From an uncultured bacterium (GTDB taxonomy: Bacteria; Auribacterota; JACPWU01): a DNA stretch of 32,000 nt. The translations under genes and the position numbers were made by a program. Of this stretch, positions 23,510-32,000 are shown piece after piece (the first letter of the stretch is position 1; each line of letters opens with the position of its first letter). The DNA is taken from contig CAZXEQ010000002.1 of the NCBI GenBank assembly GCA_964640155.1, forward strand, positions 1-32,000, in the 5' to 3' direction. The notes beneath the pieces are model-generated. The model was not told the DNA's origin and ran no database searches. It saw only the letters and a list, made by a program, of their open reading frames with translations.

Positions 23510-24238
23510 CTAAATCTGTTTGATAACTCTTGCAGGAACTCCGACTGCAATTGACTTTGCGGCAATAGGCTCTGTAACAATAGCCCCGGCACCAATGACA
23601 GATCCTTCTCCAATTGAGGCCCCATCCATGACAACAACTTTTGCTCCCAACCAACAATTACTTCCAATTAAAAGAGGGCCTTTAGAAGTGGCTCCCGTTT
23701 GATCAGCAAACTTTATCTCAGAACGATAATCATAATTTCCCCCACTCATCAGACAACAATCCGCTGCGAGCATTGTCCCAGCACCTATCCTAAGTTCATT
23801 AGATGAGAAAATAAGTGTCCGATGCCCTACATTCACACGATCTTCTAAAAATAAATTTCCGCCCTTACAATAAACAAGAGAATTCCTTCCGATATAAACA
23901 CCTTTCCCCATTTCAATTCCAATATTGTCACTGCCTTTGGCATCTAATAAACAAAAGTCATCGATCAACGTATCGTCCCCAATTTTAATTTTTTGAGGAT
24001 GACGAAAAGTAATATGATGTCCAAAAATAACACCTTTCCCAACTTTTCCTAAAATGAAAGGATAAGTCCATTTTCTTAAAAAAATGCCTAACGCCCCTGG
24101 AATAGATCCAAAAAATAAAACGATCAACTCAAATTTAATCAAAAACCAAAGACTGGGATTTCCAATGACAAGTTCTTGATATTTTTTTAAAGAAGAACTT
24201 TTTTGTTTCTGTGATTTTTGAATCTTGAATGTGCTCAT
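23510..24238 (-). CDS. Hexapeptide-repeat (left-handed beta-helix) acyl/acetyltransferase with N-terminal membrane anchor (WcaF/WbbJ-like)
   Basis: An N-terminal hydrophobic segment is present ('LWFLIKFELIVLFFGSIPGALGIFL'). Tandem [LIV]-G-x-x-x-x hexapeptides follow ('IGDDTLIDDFCLLD', 'IGRNSLVY', 'IGSNCWLGAKVVVMDGASIGEGSVIGAGAIV'). Confidence 0.8.
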   Translation of the reverse strand: MSTFKIQKSQKQKSSSLKKYQELVIGNPSLWFLIKFELIVLFFGSIPGALGIFLRKWTYPFILGKVGKGVIFGHHITFRHPQKIKIGDDTLIDDFCLLDAKGSDNIGIEMGKGVYIGRNSLVYCKGGNLFLEDRVNVGHRTLIFSSNELRIGAGTMLAADCCLMSGGNYDYRSEIKFADQTGATSKGPLLIGSNCWLGAKVVVMDGASIGEGSVIGAGAIVTEPIAAKSIAVGVPARVIKQI

Positions 24239-24273
24239 AGAAATATGTGGTTCGATAAATTAAAACTAATTTT

Positions 24274-26163
24274 TTATTTCAAAACAAAAAGCTTATGCCA
24301 CAAAGCAAGATTCATTAAGGCCCAAAGAATATGATTATGATTATGGGTTCTGGCCAGATGTTGTTCAATCAGAAGACGAATATAATCAACCTTAAGGGAT
24401 TCTCGAATCAAAGGAGATTCATTCAATAATTCGATCATGTAACTTTTTAGTTCTTGCCGAAGCCAGTTCTTGATTGGGAAACTATATCCTTGTTTCCCTC
24501 GCTCACAAATATTGGGAGGAAGAATTCCATTTAAAGAATCTCTAAAAATCGCTTTGGTTCTAAACCCTTTGAGTTTCAGCGAACTTGGAATCGTTGCACA
24601 AAATTCTATAAACTCATAATCTAAAAAGGGGACACGTACCTCTAAAGCGGTTGCCATGCTCATTTTGTCTACTTTCATTAAAACGCTATCAGGCATGGTA
24701 AATCTTAAGTCGATATAAATCTCTTGGTCCAATCGATTCTTAGATGAACAATTTTGAAGTACTTTTTCAATAAGCCCAAATGGATTTGGATTAACCTGAT
24801 TTAAAACCTCATCCGAGAATAAAAGATGATTCTTGGTGGGATTTAAAAAATACTGCCATCTCATATGATGCCCCGATTGAGACAGATTAGAACCGTCCAT
24901 AAAACGTCGAATAACGTTAAAAAGACCTTTTTTCTGAGATTGATCTGGTAATTTCTGAATCAACGGATTTAAAATATATTGTCTGATGGGAGCAGGAATT
25001 TTTTGAAACATTTGATCAAATTTACTGGCCTTAAATCGGTCATATCCCACAAAAACTTCATCTCCACCTTCCCCACTGAGACAAACAGTTACCTTCTCCT
25101 TAGCTTTTTTGCAAATGAGCATAAAAGGAATAGTCGAAAGATCTGTCATGGGCTCGTCTAAATGCCAAACTGCTTTTTCAAAAAGAGGAACGCTCAAGGG
25201 CTCAATGATAATTTCTGTATGTTCTGTTTTAAATTGTTTTGCGATCTGACGTGCATAATCTAATTCACTGAAGGATGGATCTTCATACCCTAGAGAAAAG
25301 GTCTTCACAGGTTCTTTCATGTGACGTGTCATTAAGGCAACCACTGAACTTGAATCCAAACCTCCTGACAAAAACACCCCTAAGGGGACATCACTGATCA
25401 ATCTTTTTCTTACTGACTCGCTCAGCCGGTCAATGATTTCGTTTTGAATTTTCTTTTCATCTTTACCGGAGAGTTCTTTTTCAGGATTAAACTGAACATC
25501 CCAATACCGCCCAATCTGAATCTGCTTATTTTTAAAAATGAGATAATGACTGGGAGGAAGTTTATAAATATCCCTGAACATCGTTTGTGTTGCAGGAACA
25601 AATTCATACCCTAAATAATCATAAATGGCCTTGGGATTAACTTCTCGAGAAATCGAGGGATCTTTAAGAATGGCCTTAATCTCAGAAGCAAATATAAATT
25701 TCCCATCCTTAAAATAATAGTAAAGAGGTTTTACTCCTAGCCGATCACGCGCAATAAAGAGTTCTTTATTTTGAATGTCCCAAAGAGCAATTGCAAACAT
25801 TCCATTGAAATGGTGTATGCAATCCTTTCCATACTCTGCATAAGCATGAAGAATCACTTCTGTATCACATGAACTTGTAAAGACATGCCCCTTACTTTCT
25901 AATAAACGGCGAACTTCCTTGAAATTATAAATTTCTCCGTTAAAAACTACCCAAAGAGGATGTGCGCATTTGGCACAAGAGATATTCGACATAGGCTGGC
26001 GCCCATGCTCACTTAAATCCAGAATGCTTAAGCGTTGATGGGCAAGCGAAATCTCATCATCGACATAGACGCCCTGCTGATCAGGACCTCGATGAGCAAT
26101 TTCATGCCCCATGGCCTGTGCCAAAGCTTGATCTTTCCAGTTAAAACCCGCAATTCCACACAT
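24274..26163 (-). CDS. asnB: Asparagine synthase (glutamine-hydrolysing) family amidotransferase
   Basis: The Ntn nucleophile requires the start 'MCGIAGF' (ATG at 26163), not the track start at 26199. The PP-loop 'GVFLSGGLDSSSV' is present. The glutaminase and synthetase halves are collinear across 629 aa. Confidence 0.88.
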   Translation of the reverse strand: MCGIAGFNWKDQALAQAMGHEIAHRGPDQQGVYVDDEISLAHQRLSILDLSEHGRQPMSNISCAKCAHPLWVVFNGEIYNFKEVRRLLESKGHVFTSSCDTEVILHAYAEYGKDCIHHFNGMFAIALWDIQNKELFIARDRLGVKPLYYYFKDGKFIFASEIKAILKDPSISREVNPKAIYDYLGYEFVPATQTMFRDIYKLPPSHYLIFKNKQIQIGRYWDVQFNPEKELSGKDEKKIQNEIIDRLSESVRKRLISDVPLGVFLSGGLDSSSVVALMTRHMKEPVKTFSLGYEDPSFSELDYARQIAKQFKTEHTEIIIEPLSVPLFEKAVWHLDEPMTDLSTIPFMLICKKAKEKVTVCLSGEGGDEVFVGYDRFKASKFDQMFQKIPAPIRQYILNPLIQKLPDQSQKKGLFNVIRRFMDGSNLSQSGHHMRWQYFLNPTKNHLLFSDEVLNQVNPNPFGLIEKVLQNCSSKNRLDQEIYIDLRFTMPDSVLMKVDKMSMATALEVRVPFLDYEFIEFCATIPSSLKLKGFRTKAIFRDSLNGILPPNICERGKQGYSFPIKNWLRQELKSYMIELLNESPLIRESLKVDYIRLLIEQHLARTHNHNHILWALMNLALWHKLFVLK

Positions 26164-26235
26164 GGGCGATATGATAGCAATTGCCCTTATGGGAATCAAG
26201 CTTTCAAGGGTAAATCCCTTAATACTTAAAGAGAT

Positions 26236-27291
26236 TTAGCAACAGGTTTTCCGACCTGCCATCGTAAAGCAATTGAATCGTGTCCCAAATAAGAACCATA
26301 TCATTTGAGACATGACTCTGGAGAACACATTTGGACGCTTAAAAATATGACGAGCCCCATTCACCTCCTGCTTAACAACACGTGATGAGATTTTATTCAT
26401 CAGGGCTGATGTCCACCGAAAGATGGGAAATCCCGAAAAGGTATTTTTAAATTTATGATACTCTGGCAAAGAAAAAGCATAGAAGTAATCAGATAAACGT
26501 AAAGGGGCAAATGATCCCATGTATTCGATATGATTCTGATCAAACCACTTTAAAACTTCTCCTCCTGTATGTAAGCTTTCGTGAGGGAAACCAAAAATAT
26601 CATAACTGATCGCTTCATAATTACTCTCATGATACCTCTTATTCAGAGAATACATGGTGAGAGGGAAAAGGATCCTTCCTATCTTTGCTCTTTTCTCAAT
26701 ATTGTCCCCACCTAACCACTTACAAATGGTTTGCTTCATGCGAAGACGAATTCTACTATAGGTATTGTACAAGCTCACAACGACAATTCCGTCCGGTTTT
26801 GTAACCCGACAAAGATGCTGAAAACCCTTATACGGATTTCCGGTATGATGCAAAACTCCCACAGAGTAGGCATAGTCAAAAGAGTTATCTGGAAAATCTA
26901 ATTCCAAAATATCTTTTTTAATAAATTGAACGTTTTTTAACCCCGAAGCCTCTTTCTTTTGATTTGCCAAAGCCAAAGATCCATCTGAAAGATCTACCCC
27001 AATTACTTCTTTAGCTCCATTGGCAGCATACCAAAGAGCATATTCTCCTGTTCCACAACCTAATTCTAAAACTCTTTTTCCCTGAAAATCTTCCTTTTTG
27101 ATCCCCAACATTCTCAAACGCCAACCCATTTCTTCATCTGCTTCCCTTGTGCTTGGCCATGGATGCTTAGAATACATGCCCACAACTCTTTTCTGTATTT
27201 CTTTAATCTCTTCAGGTTTTGCTTGCTTCTCGCCTAAAAGTGCTTCCATCTTTTCTAAACTCCTTCTTATAATCAGGTGATTGAATATCAA
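26236..27291 (-). CDS. Class I SAM-dependent methyltransferase with C-terminal extension
   Basis: Motif I is 'RVLELGCGTGEYAL', followed by 'VIGVDLS', 'FDYAYSVGVLHH' and 'KPDGIVVVS'. The start is uncertain (27291 or the ATG at 27249). Confidence 0.8.
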   Translation of the reverse strand: MIFNHLIIRRSLEKMEALLGEKQAKPEEIKEIQKRVVGMYSKHPWPSTREADEEMGWRLRMLGIKKEDFQGKRVLELGCGTGEYALWYAANGAKEVIGVDLSDGSLALANQKKEASGLKNVQFIKKDILELDFPDNSFDYAYSVGVLHHTGNPYKGFQHLCRVTKPDGIVVVSLYNTYSRIRLRMKQTICKWLGGDNIEKRAKIGRILFPLTMYSLNKRYHESNYEAISYDIFGFPHESLHTGGEVLKWFDQNHIEYMGSFAPLRLSDYFYAFSLPEYHKFKNTFSGFPIFRWTSALMNKISSRVVKQEVNGARHIFKRPNVFSRVMSQMIWFLFGTRFNCFTMAGRKTCC

Positions 27292-27436
27292 TATTCGAGC
27301 CTAACATCTGGATGTAGTCAACTCAATAAATACCGTTTAGAAAAAAGACTGAATCTTATATAGGGGATTATCCTATGCGATAAATGACCTCTGGCTTCCC
27401 CTAAAAAATAAAAGTTTTTCTTTTAAAAGGCTAAGG

Positions 27437-30316
27437 TTATCCTTTAGAAACTAAATTTGAAAAATATTCATCCAGAAAAACTAGTCTTTTTTTAATCCAT
27501 TCCCTTTTTTGAGTAATTTCTCTTTCCCTTGTAATACCAGGAGGTAAAGGCCATAACTCAAAATTTCTTTTTACTCGATATTTTATTTTGTTTTCTATGT
27601 CATCTATTTGTTTCATTAAAGATTTTTCAGAAAGAATATCTTTTCTTAACTCTTTCCATCGTTCACAAAGAGCTTTTTTGTAAAAAGGGAGTTTCATGAG
27701 TCGATTAAATAAATGATTAGTCCAAATCTGATCAATGGGGCCATCGAGACTACGATCATAATCCCAGGCAATGATAAAAAATTTCTCATTTGGCCCACTA
27801 TTTCTAGCAATAAAAAGATTATGCCCTTCTCCTCCATCCTCCTGATTTATCAAAGTTGTCAAAATCTGAAAATGCATCACATTTTCTACATCTAGCACTT
27901 CTTTAGCTCTTCTCTCAAAAACAGCATCTGAAGATTGTCCTAAAAATGAAATTAACTCATAATAAGGGGCCCAATATTCACCATGTTCAAGATGAGGGTA
28001 TTGTTGCAAATAGTAATCTTGAGAAAAACGCTCAAAGTTTGCACCATTCACCTCAGCTTTATAAAGCACGCTGTGATTTTTTTCACCTTTTTGATATTTC
28101 CTTAAACCGAGCATTTCGGCGCTAACATCTTCCGAAAATTCATAAATCCCACGAAATTCTCCGTTAATAAAAAACTCTGTAAAGTCATGTTTAGGAGCAG
28201 ATTTAAAATGACTCGATTTAGAAATCAGTCTGGAAACATCATAAGCAAACTTATTTTTTATAAAAGAGATATCATAATAACTTGACATAAGAATTAAACT
28301 TGAGAGGGGATGAAAGTCTAAAAAAGCATGGTTTCCCAATCGAATCTTATAAGATTTTTTGGGGAAACCTAATGCAGAATTACCTTGAAGACGAATTTTC
28401 GCTGGAGTTTTTTTGCTTTTTATATTTTTGTTTGCATCTATAAATTCTACAAGGCATGGAGAATATATATATCTACCTGCTCTGCGATAATTCCATACCG
28501 CCAAAACATTCATTTTTAAAATAACAGGCATCACCGTAAAGTGAAATATCTTTTGGGTTTGATAATCTCCTTTAGCAAATGACACCTCTACTTCTACCGT
28601 TTTTGGCTCCTCTTCGTTGAGACGATTTATTTTACCCTCATGACTGATGAATTCTTCTTTTTTGGATCTCCAATTTATTCTCACTCCATCTATTTCTTTT
28701 ACTGAAAAATCTAAATTCCATAACACGCATTCCCTTCCAGGATTCTCCCCCAAAACCATCTCCTCTTTAAAATATTCTCTCACCTTCTCTACTATTTTTT
28801 TATCCTCTTTTTCATATTCTTCTAAATTCATCTTTCTGATTCTTTTTCTATCCTGCTTTATTCCGTACAAAATTTCTCGACTTCCCATAGGGGCTGTATG
28901 ATCTGACATCAATAGTTTGCCATATCTTTTCCTGAGCTCATCATATTCTCTTAATACATCTGTCTTACTGATGGGAAGCTTTTTCAAGAACTCTTCTATC
29001 TGCCAAGCCTCATGTACCTGCCCTTCATAGGCAAAAAATCCTGCATCCTCATAATAATAGAGCCCTTGATACTCACGGTTGATCCATACAACACCTAAGC
29101 CTCCTTGCGAACCTAAACAATGGTATTTCTTTTCTAAGTATTTTTTGAAGAGGGCCCTCAAAAGTCCATTCTCCTCAGGGGGAACAAATATGATTTTATT
29201 CATACCCTGATACTGACCTTCCTTTCCTAATTCTATACTAAAGGTCTTTTTCCCATATCGACTTAAACGCCCAGCATCTCCACATAATTCCATTTGCGCT
29301 TGTTCTAGCACGCCTCCCACTTCTATTTCTATTTTTCTTGTTTTTGATATTTCCTTTGGAACAATCCCATGTTTGAGACTAAGATAATGATACCGATTGA
29401 ATGCTTTTTTATCTTTTTTGCTCAAATAGAGATGAAACTCAGGCAAATCTGCCTTTAAAACCCTGCCTCTGCCATAATAGGGATTTAAAAGATCCAAACT
29501 TTTTATAATTCTTTGTAATCCCTTTCTCACTTCCTCCATTATTTTCTTAAGTAGGACTCGCCCTTTGTTTATCCTGTACGGATAAGCTTCTTTTGCTTGG
29601 CTCTCTTTTCTTATTTCTTCTTCCCCCATGACATAATTTCTTATCATTACTTCATCTAATATGTAGTTTAGAACACCCATCCCTTTGTACTGACCCAATA
29701 GCAATTTTTCTGGACGATGAGAGATGGAAATAACTTTTTCTCTATCCATGAGAACACCATTCTCATACACGCATGCTTGCCGAGATTGAAGAGAAAAAGT
29801 TAAAGCGATATGAACAAATTTTCCATATTGTTTAAATGGATAGGAGAGAATTTTGCTGGAGGTTTTAGCTTCAATCATTCTAAAATGAAGCTGGTCTTTT
29901 TCTAACCAAATAAAATTGACACGTCCTGTGTGATTTTTAAGGATGTATTGACAATCCTCTTGACTTCTATCAATCTTTATCCAAAAAGAAATAGTATATG
30001 CTTCCTTAAGCTGTCTAAAGTCAGAATCAATATACAAAGAATTATGAGGCCGCCCATGAAACCATCTTCCTTTTCCATACTTACCATTGACAAGCGTTGT
30101 TCCAGCATTGATCGCTTTCTTACAACTGACTTGATTCACAGGAACAGATTCATCCAAGGACCAATATCCCAAAACTCCACGAGAGATTAAATCCTTTTGA
30201 TTTTCTAACTCAATATCACTCAGACGAAGGGCAAGATTTTCTACTAGAAGAATATCCGCTTGATAAAAACAGACGGCCGCAAGAGCAATCACCCCCAATA
30301 GTTTGATTCGACTCAA
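27437..30316 (-). CDS. Exported LamG-like + CotH kinase-family protein (partial N-lobe-like CotH segment plus one complete CotH domain)
   Basis: A signal anchor is present ('IKLLGVIALAAVCFY'). The LamG/ConA-like block runs 'LVNGKYGKGRWFHG...YTISFWIKI...FVHIALTF...VYENGVL' (about nt 29611-30139). A CotH-like segment reads 'GKKTFSIELGKEG...VWINREYQGLYYYED' (about nt 28996-29449). The full CotH domain reads 'IRLQGNSALGFPKKSYKIRLG...FINGEFRGIYEFSED...HNLFIARN...IIAWDYDRSL...REWIKKRLVFLDEYF' (about nt 27440-28430). The start is TTG at 30316, overlapping the upstream stop. Confidence 0.75.
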   Translation of the reverse strand: MSRIKLLGVIALAAVCFYQADILLVENLALRLSDIELENQKDLISRGVLGYWSLDESVPVNQVSCKKAINAGTTLVNGKYGKGRWFHGRPHNSLYIDSDFRQLKEAYTISFWIKIDRSQEDCQYILKNHTGRVNFIWLEKDQLHFRMIEAKTSSKILSYPFKQYGKFVHIALTFSLQSRQACVYENGVLMDREKVISISHRPEKLLLGQYKGMGVLNYILDEVMIRNYVMGEEEIRKESQAKEAYPYRINKGRVLLKKIMEEVRKGLQRIIKSLDLLNPYYGRGRVLKADLPEFHLYLSKKDKKAFNRYHYLSLKHGIVPKEISKTRKIEIEVGGVLEQAQMELCGDAGRLSRYGKKTFSIELGKEGQYQGMNKIIFVPPEENGLLRALFKKYLEKKYHCLGSQGGLGVVWINREYQGLYYYEDAGFFAYEGQVHEAWQIEEFLKKLPISKTDVLREYDELRKRYGKLLMSDHTAPMGSREILYGIKQDRKRIRKMNLEEYEKEDKKIVEKVREYFKEEMVLGENPGRECVLWNLDFSVKEIDGVRINWRSKKEEFISHEGKINRLNEEEPKTVEVEVSFAKGDYQTQKIFHFTVMPVILKMNVLAVWNYRRAGRYIYSPCLVEFIDANKNIKSKKTPAKIRLQGNSALGFPKKSYKIRLGNHAFLDFHPLSSLILMSSYYDISFIKNKFAYDVSRLISKSSHFKSAPKHDFTEFFINGEFRGIYEFSEDVSAEMLGLRKYQKGEKNHSVLYKAEVNGANFERFSQDYYLQQYPHLEHGEYWAPYYELISFLGQSSDAVFERRAKEVLDVENVMHFQILTTLINQEDGGEGHNLFIARNSGPNEKFFIIAWDYDRSLDGPIDQIWTNHLFNRLMKLPFYKKALCERWKELRKDILSEKSLMKQIDDIENKIKYRVKRNFELWPLPPGITREREITQKREWIKKRLVFLDEYFSNLVSKG

Positions 30317-31005
30317 CGAATTCCCCCGGGGCGATTAAAAAAGATATGGATAGATTGACTTTCAGATAGAGATTTTATTTCAGACTGAACTTCTTCTACA
30401 GGTTTTTTTAAACCCGAAAATGAAAAATGAATCGAGGCTATCGCGTCTCGACTCGACGCACTCTCTAATACATTTCTAGAGGTATGTTCTTTCAGATAAG
30501 CGCAAACTTGCTTCAATTTTTCTGCCGCCTTTTCTTGAGTCATTGTCAAAATCAACATCCCATCTCTTCCTCGATGTTTCAGCAATCTTTTTCCTCGCAA
30601 AGCAAATAAGGTTACGATCGCAACCAAATACAGCACCATTAATAATTGAAAATTAAAAGTTGCGCAAGTAATTGATGAAGCAATTAAAAGCATGATAAAA
30701 CCAACTTCTTCTGGTTCTCGAATAGGAGTTCTAAACCTCACAATAGACAAGGCTCCTAATAAGCCAAGGGACAGAGGCAGCGACATTTGTACCCCCAAAA
30801 ATAAGGTTGTAATAGAGATCCCTAGCAATGGGAAGGCACGATGAACTTGACTCCCAGTTCCTCTATTTTCATAAAAATAAGTATAAAGGAGACTTGCGAC
30901 CAGGGCCGACACAAGAGACACTACGAGGGCTAGCACAAAACTACTAGGATCTATTCTGTTTGCTGCTTCTCGACTTAATTCTAAAGTTTTAAATACATTA
31001 TTCAT
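30313..31005 (-). CDS. DUF4956-like membrane protein
   Basis: The 230-aa protein has about 4 TM helices. The motif 'LGLLGALSIVRFRTPIREPEEVGFIMLLIA' matches the 'LSIVRFRT' signature I recall for DUF4956. The C-terminal half is soluble. AAAGG lies upstream of the ATG at 31005. Confidence 0.65.
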   Translation of the reverse strand: MNNVFKTLELSREAANRIDPSSFVLALVVSLVSALVASLLYTYFYENRGTGSQVHRAFPLLGISITTLFLGVQMSLPLSLGLLGALSIVRFRTPIREPEEVGFIMLLIASSITCATFNFQLLMVLYLVAIVTLFALRGKRLLKHRGRDGMLILTMTQEKAAEKLKQVCAYLKEHTSRNVLESASSRDAIASIHFSFSGLKKPVEEVQSEIKSLSESQSIHIFFNRPGGIR

Positions 31006-31033
31006 ACCTTTGTTCCTTTTTTATTAACATATT

Positions 31034-32000
31034 TCATTGTATCTGAGTTTGTCCAATTTGTGCAAAATACTGATCTAAAAAAACAAGTCTTTTCTTAATC
31101 CATTCTCTCATTTTATTCACAAAATCTTCTCGCGTTTCTGTCGTGGGAGAAGGCCATATTTCAAAATTTCTTTTGACACGATACTTCACCTTTTCATCAA
31201 TTTCATCCATCCTCTTCATTAAGGCGTCTTCAGAAAGAATATCTTTTCTTAACTCCTGCCATCGCTTATATAGATTTTGATTATAACCTGGGAGCACCTT
31301 CATCAATCTATTAAACAAATCATTGGTAACAATCCGGGTTTCCTCTCTCCCAAAACTTTTGTCATAGTCCCATGGCACCAGAAAAAATAAATCCTCAGTC
31401 CCATTGTTCCTCGCAATGAAAAGGTTATGATTGGGACCATCCATTTGATTTACAAAATTAAGCAATATTTGAAAATCCATCACATTATTGATATCCATAA
31501 CTTGATGGACCTTTTTTTTGAATTCCTCGTCCGAAGAGTTTCCTAAAAAAAGAATCAATTCTTCATAAGGAGCCCAATATTCTCCAAACTTTAAATGAGG
31601 TTCCTTTTGCACATAAGCTTCTTTTGCTAGACGGGAAAAACTAGCCGTTCTATTTTCTGCTTTATAAATAACACTGTGCCTGGCATCCCCTTCACGATAA
31701 GGTTCTAATTGCAGTAAATCTATTTCGATATCATTTTCAAACTCGTAAATCCCCTGGAATTCATGATCAATAAAAAGCTCTATAAGAGAGTGATGCGGAG
31801 CATATCGAGGATTCTGAATGGTAGAGAAACTCCTGAAAAGATCATAGGCCATTTGATTTCTCATAAAGGAAAGATCAATGTAACTCCCCATTAAAACCAA
31901 TTCATCCGCATGAGTCCCTAAAAGATCATGAAAGCGTTCCATACAAATTTTGTAAGATTTTTTAGGATAATTAAGCGCCGTATTACCATGGAGTTTGGTT
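31034..32000 (-). CDS. CotH kinase-family protein, 5'-truncated at the window edge (paralogue of the C-terminal half of 27437..30316)
   Basis: The reading frame stays open upstream of the track Met at 31942 up to the window end. That extension translates as '...TKLHGNTALNYPKKSYKIC', which aligns with 'IRLQGNSALGFPKKSYKIRLG' of the neighbouring CotH. The downstream blocks are collinear ('FIDHEFQGIYEFEND', 'HNLFIARNNG', 'LVPWDYDKSFG', 'REWIKKRLVFLDQYF'). Confidence 0.75.
   Translation of the reverse strand, partial: TKLHGNTALNYPKKSYKICMERFHDLLGTHADELVLMGSYIDLSFMRNQMAYDLFRSFSTIQNPRYAPHHSLIELFIDHEFQGIYEFENDIEIDLLQLEPYREGDARHSVIYKAENRTASFSRLAKEAYVQKEPHLKFGEYWAPYEELILFLGNSSDEEFKKKVHQVMDINNVMDFQILLNFVNQMDGPNHNLFIARNNGTEDLFFLVPWDYDKSFGREETRIVTNDLFNRLMKVLPGYNQNLYKRWQELRKDILSEDALMKRMDEIDEKVKYRVKRNFEIWPSPTTETREDFVNKMREWIKKRLVFLDQYFAQIGQTQIQ

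Noticed and set aside
26164-26199. The track gives AsnB an N-terminal extension (MIPIRAIAIISP).
   Set aside because: Ntn-type glutamine amidotransferases need Cys directly after the initiator Met, so 'MCGIAGF' at 26163 is the functional start.
27362-27402. AGGGGA...TCCCCT inverted repeat in the 145-nt gap after the large CotH gene was considered as a terminator.
   Set aside because: The stem is only 6 bp with a 29-nt loop, and there is no adjacent U-tract on the minus strand. That is too weak to call.
1-32000. I searched by eye for CRISPR repeats, tRNA or rRNA genes, transposase, integrase or recombinase genes, toxin-antitoxin pairs and known phage-defence gene signatures.
   Set aside because: No regularly spaced short repeats and no tRNA-like acceptor/T-arm sequences were found. 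No ORF carries DDE/HUH/tyrosine- or serine-recombinase motifs, nuclease-NTPase defence motifs or small TA-like motifs. The island reads as envelope biosynthesis, not a defence or mobile island.

Overview
AT-rich bacterial window (mid-30s % GC by eye) with no rRNA, tRNA, CRISPR array or transposase/integrase gene. Every call rests on reading the ORF translations and the DNA by eye. No database or HMM search was run. The plus strand (3..5481) carries a 5'-truncated parallel beta-helix surface protein. It also carries a tight two-gene pair: a Dcd (dCTP deaminase) homologue whose catalytic Glu reads Gln, and an ATP-cone/NrdD-like protein lacking the glycyl-radical C-terminus. A processive family-2 glycosyltransferase follows. 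The minus strand (5484..32000) is one almost gap-free run of 17 co-directional genes, several joined by 4-nt start/stop overlaps, that looks like a cell-envelope glycan-building island. It holds three tandem ~1000-aa GT-C (ArnT/PMT-like) membrane glycosyltransferase paralogues, each with an embedded discoidin (F5/8 type C) domain. Interleaved or adjacent are an Rv3806c-type UbiA polyprenyl-phosphate phosphoribosyltransferase, a GtrB/ArnC/DPM1-like polyprenyl-phosphate glycosyltransferase, a UPF0104/MprF-flippase-like protein, a DUF2079 membrane protein and a repeat+SGNH hydrolase with a sorting-signal-like tail. Also present are a PAS histidine kinase/NarL-type regulator pair, tailoring enzymes (hexapeptide acyltransferase, AsnB-type amidotransferase, SAM methyltransferase) and a CotH-DUF4956-CotH module at the right edge. 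The strongest candidate for a novel system is the polyprenyl-phosphate/GT-C/discoidin cluster, whose logic resembles mycobacterial Emb/Aft arabinan synthesis. Two short GC-rich, highly structured intergenic elements stand out against the AT-rich background. One (1715..1850) is flanked by a perfect 18-bp inverted repeat. The other (10240..10480) is flanked by a 16-bp exact direct repeat that duplicates a gene's stop-codon region.
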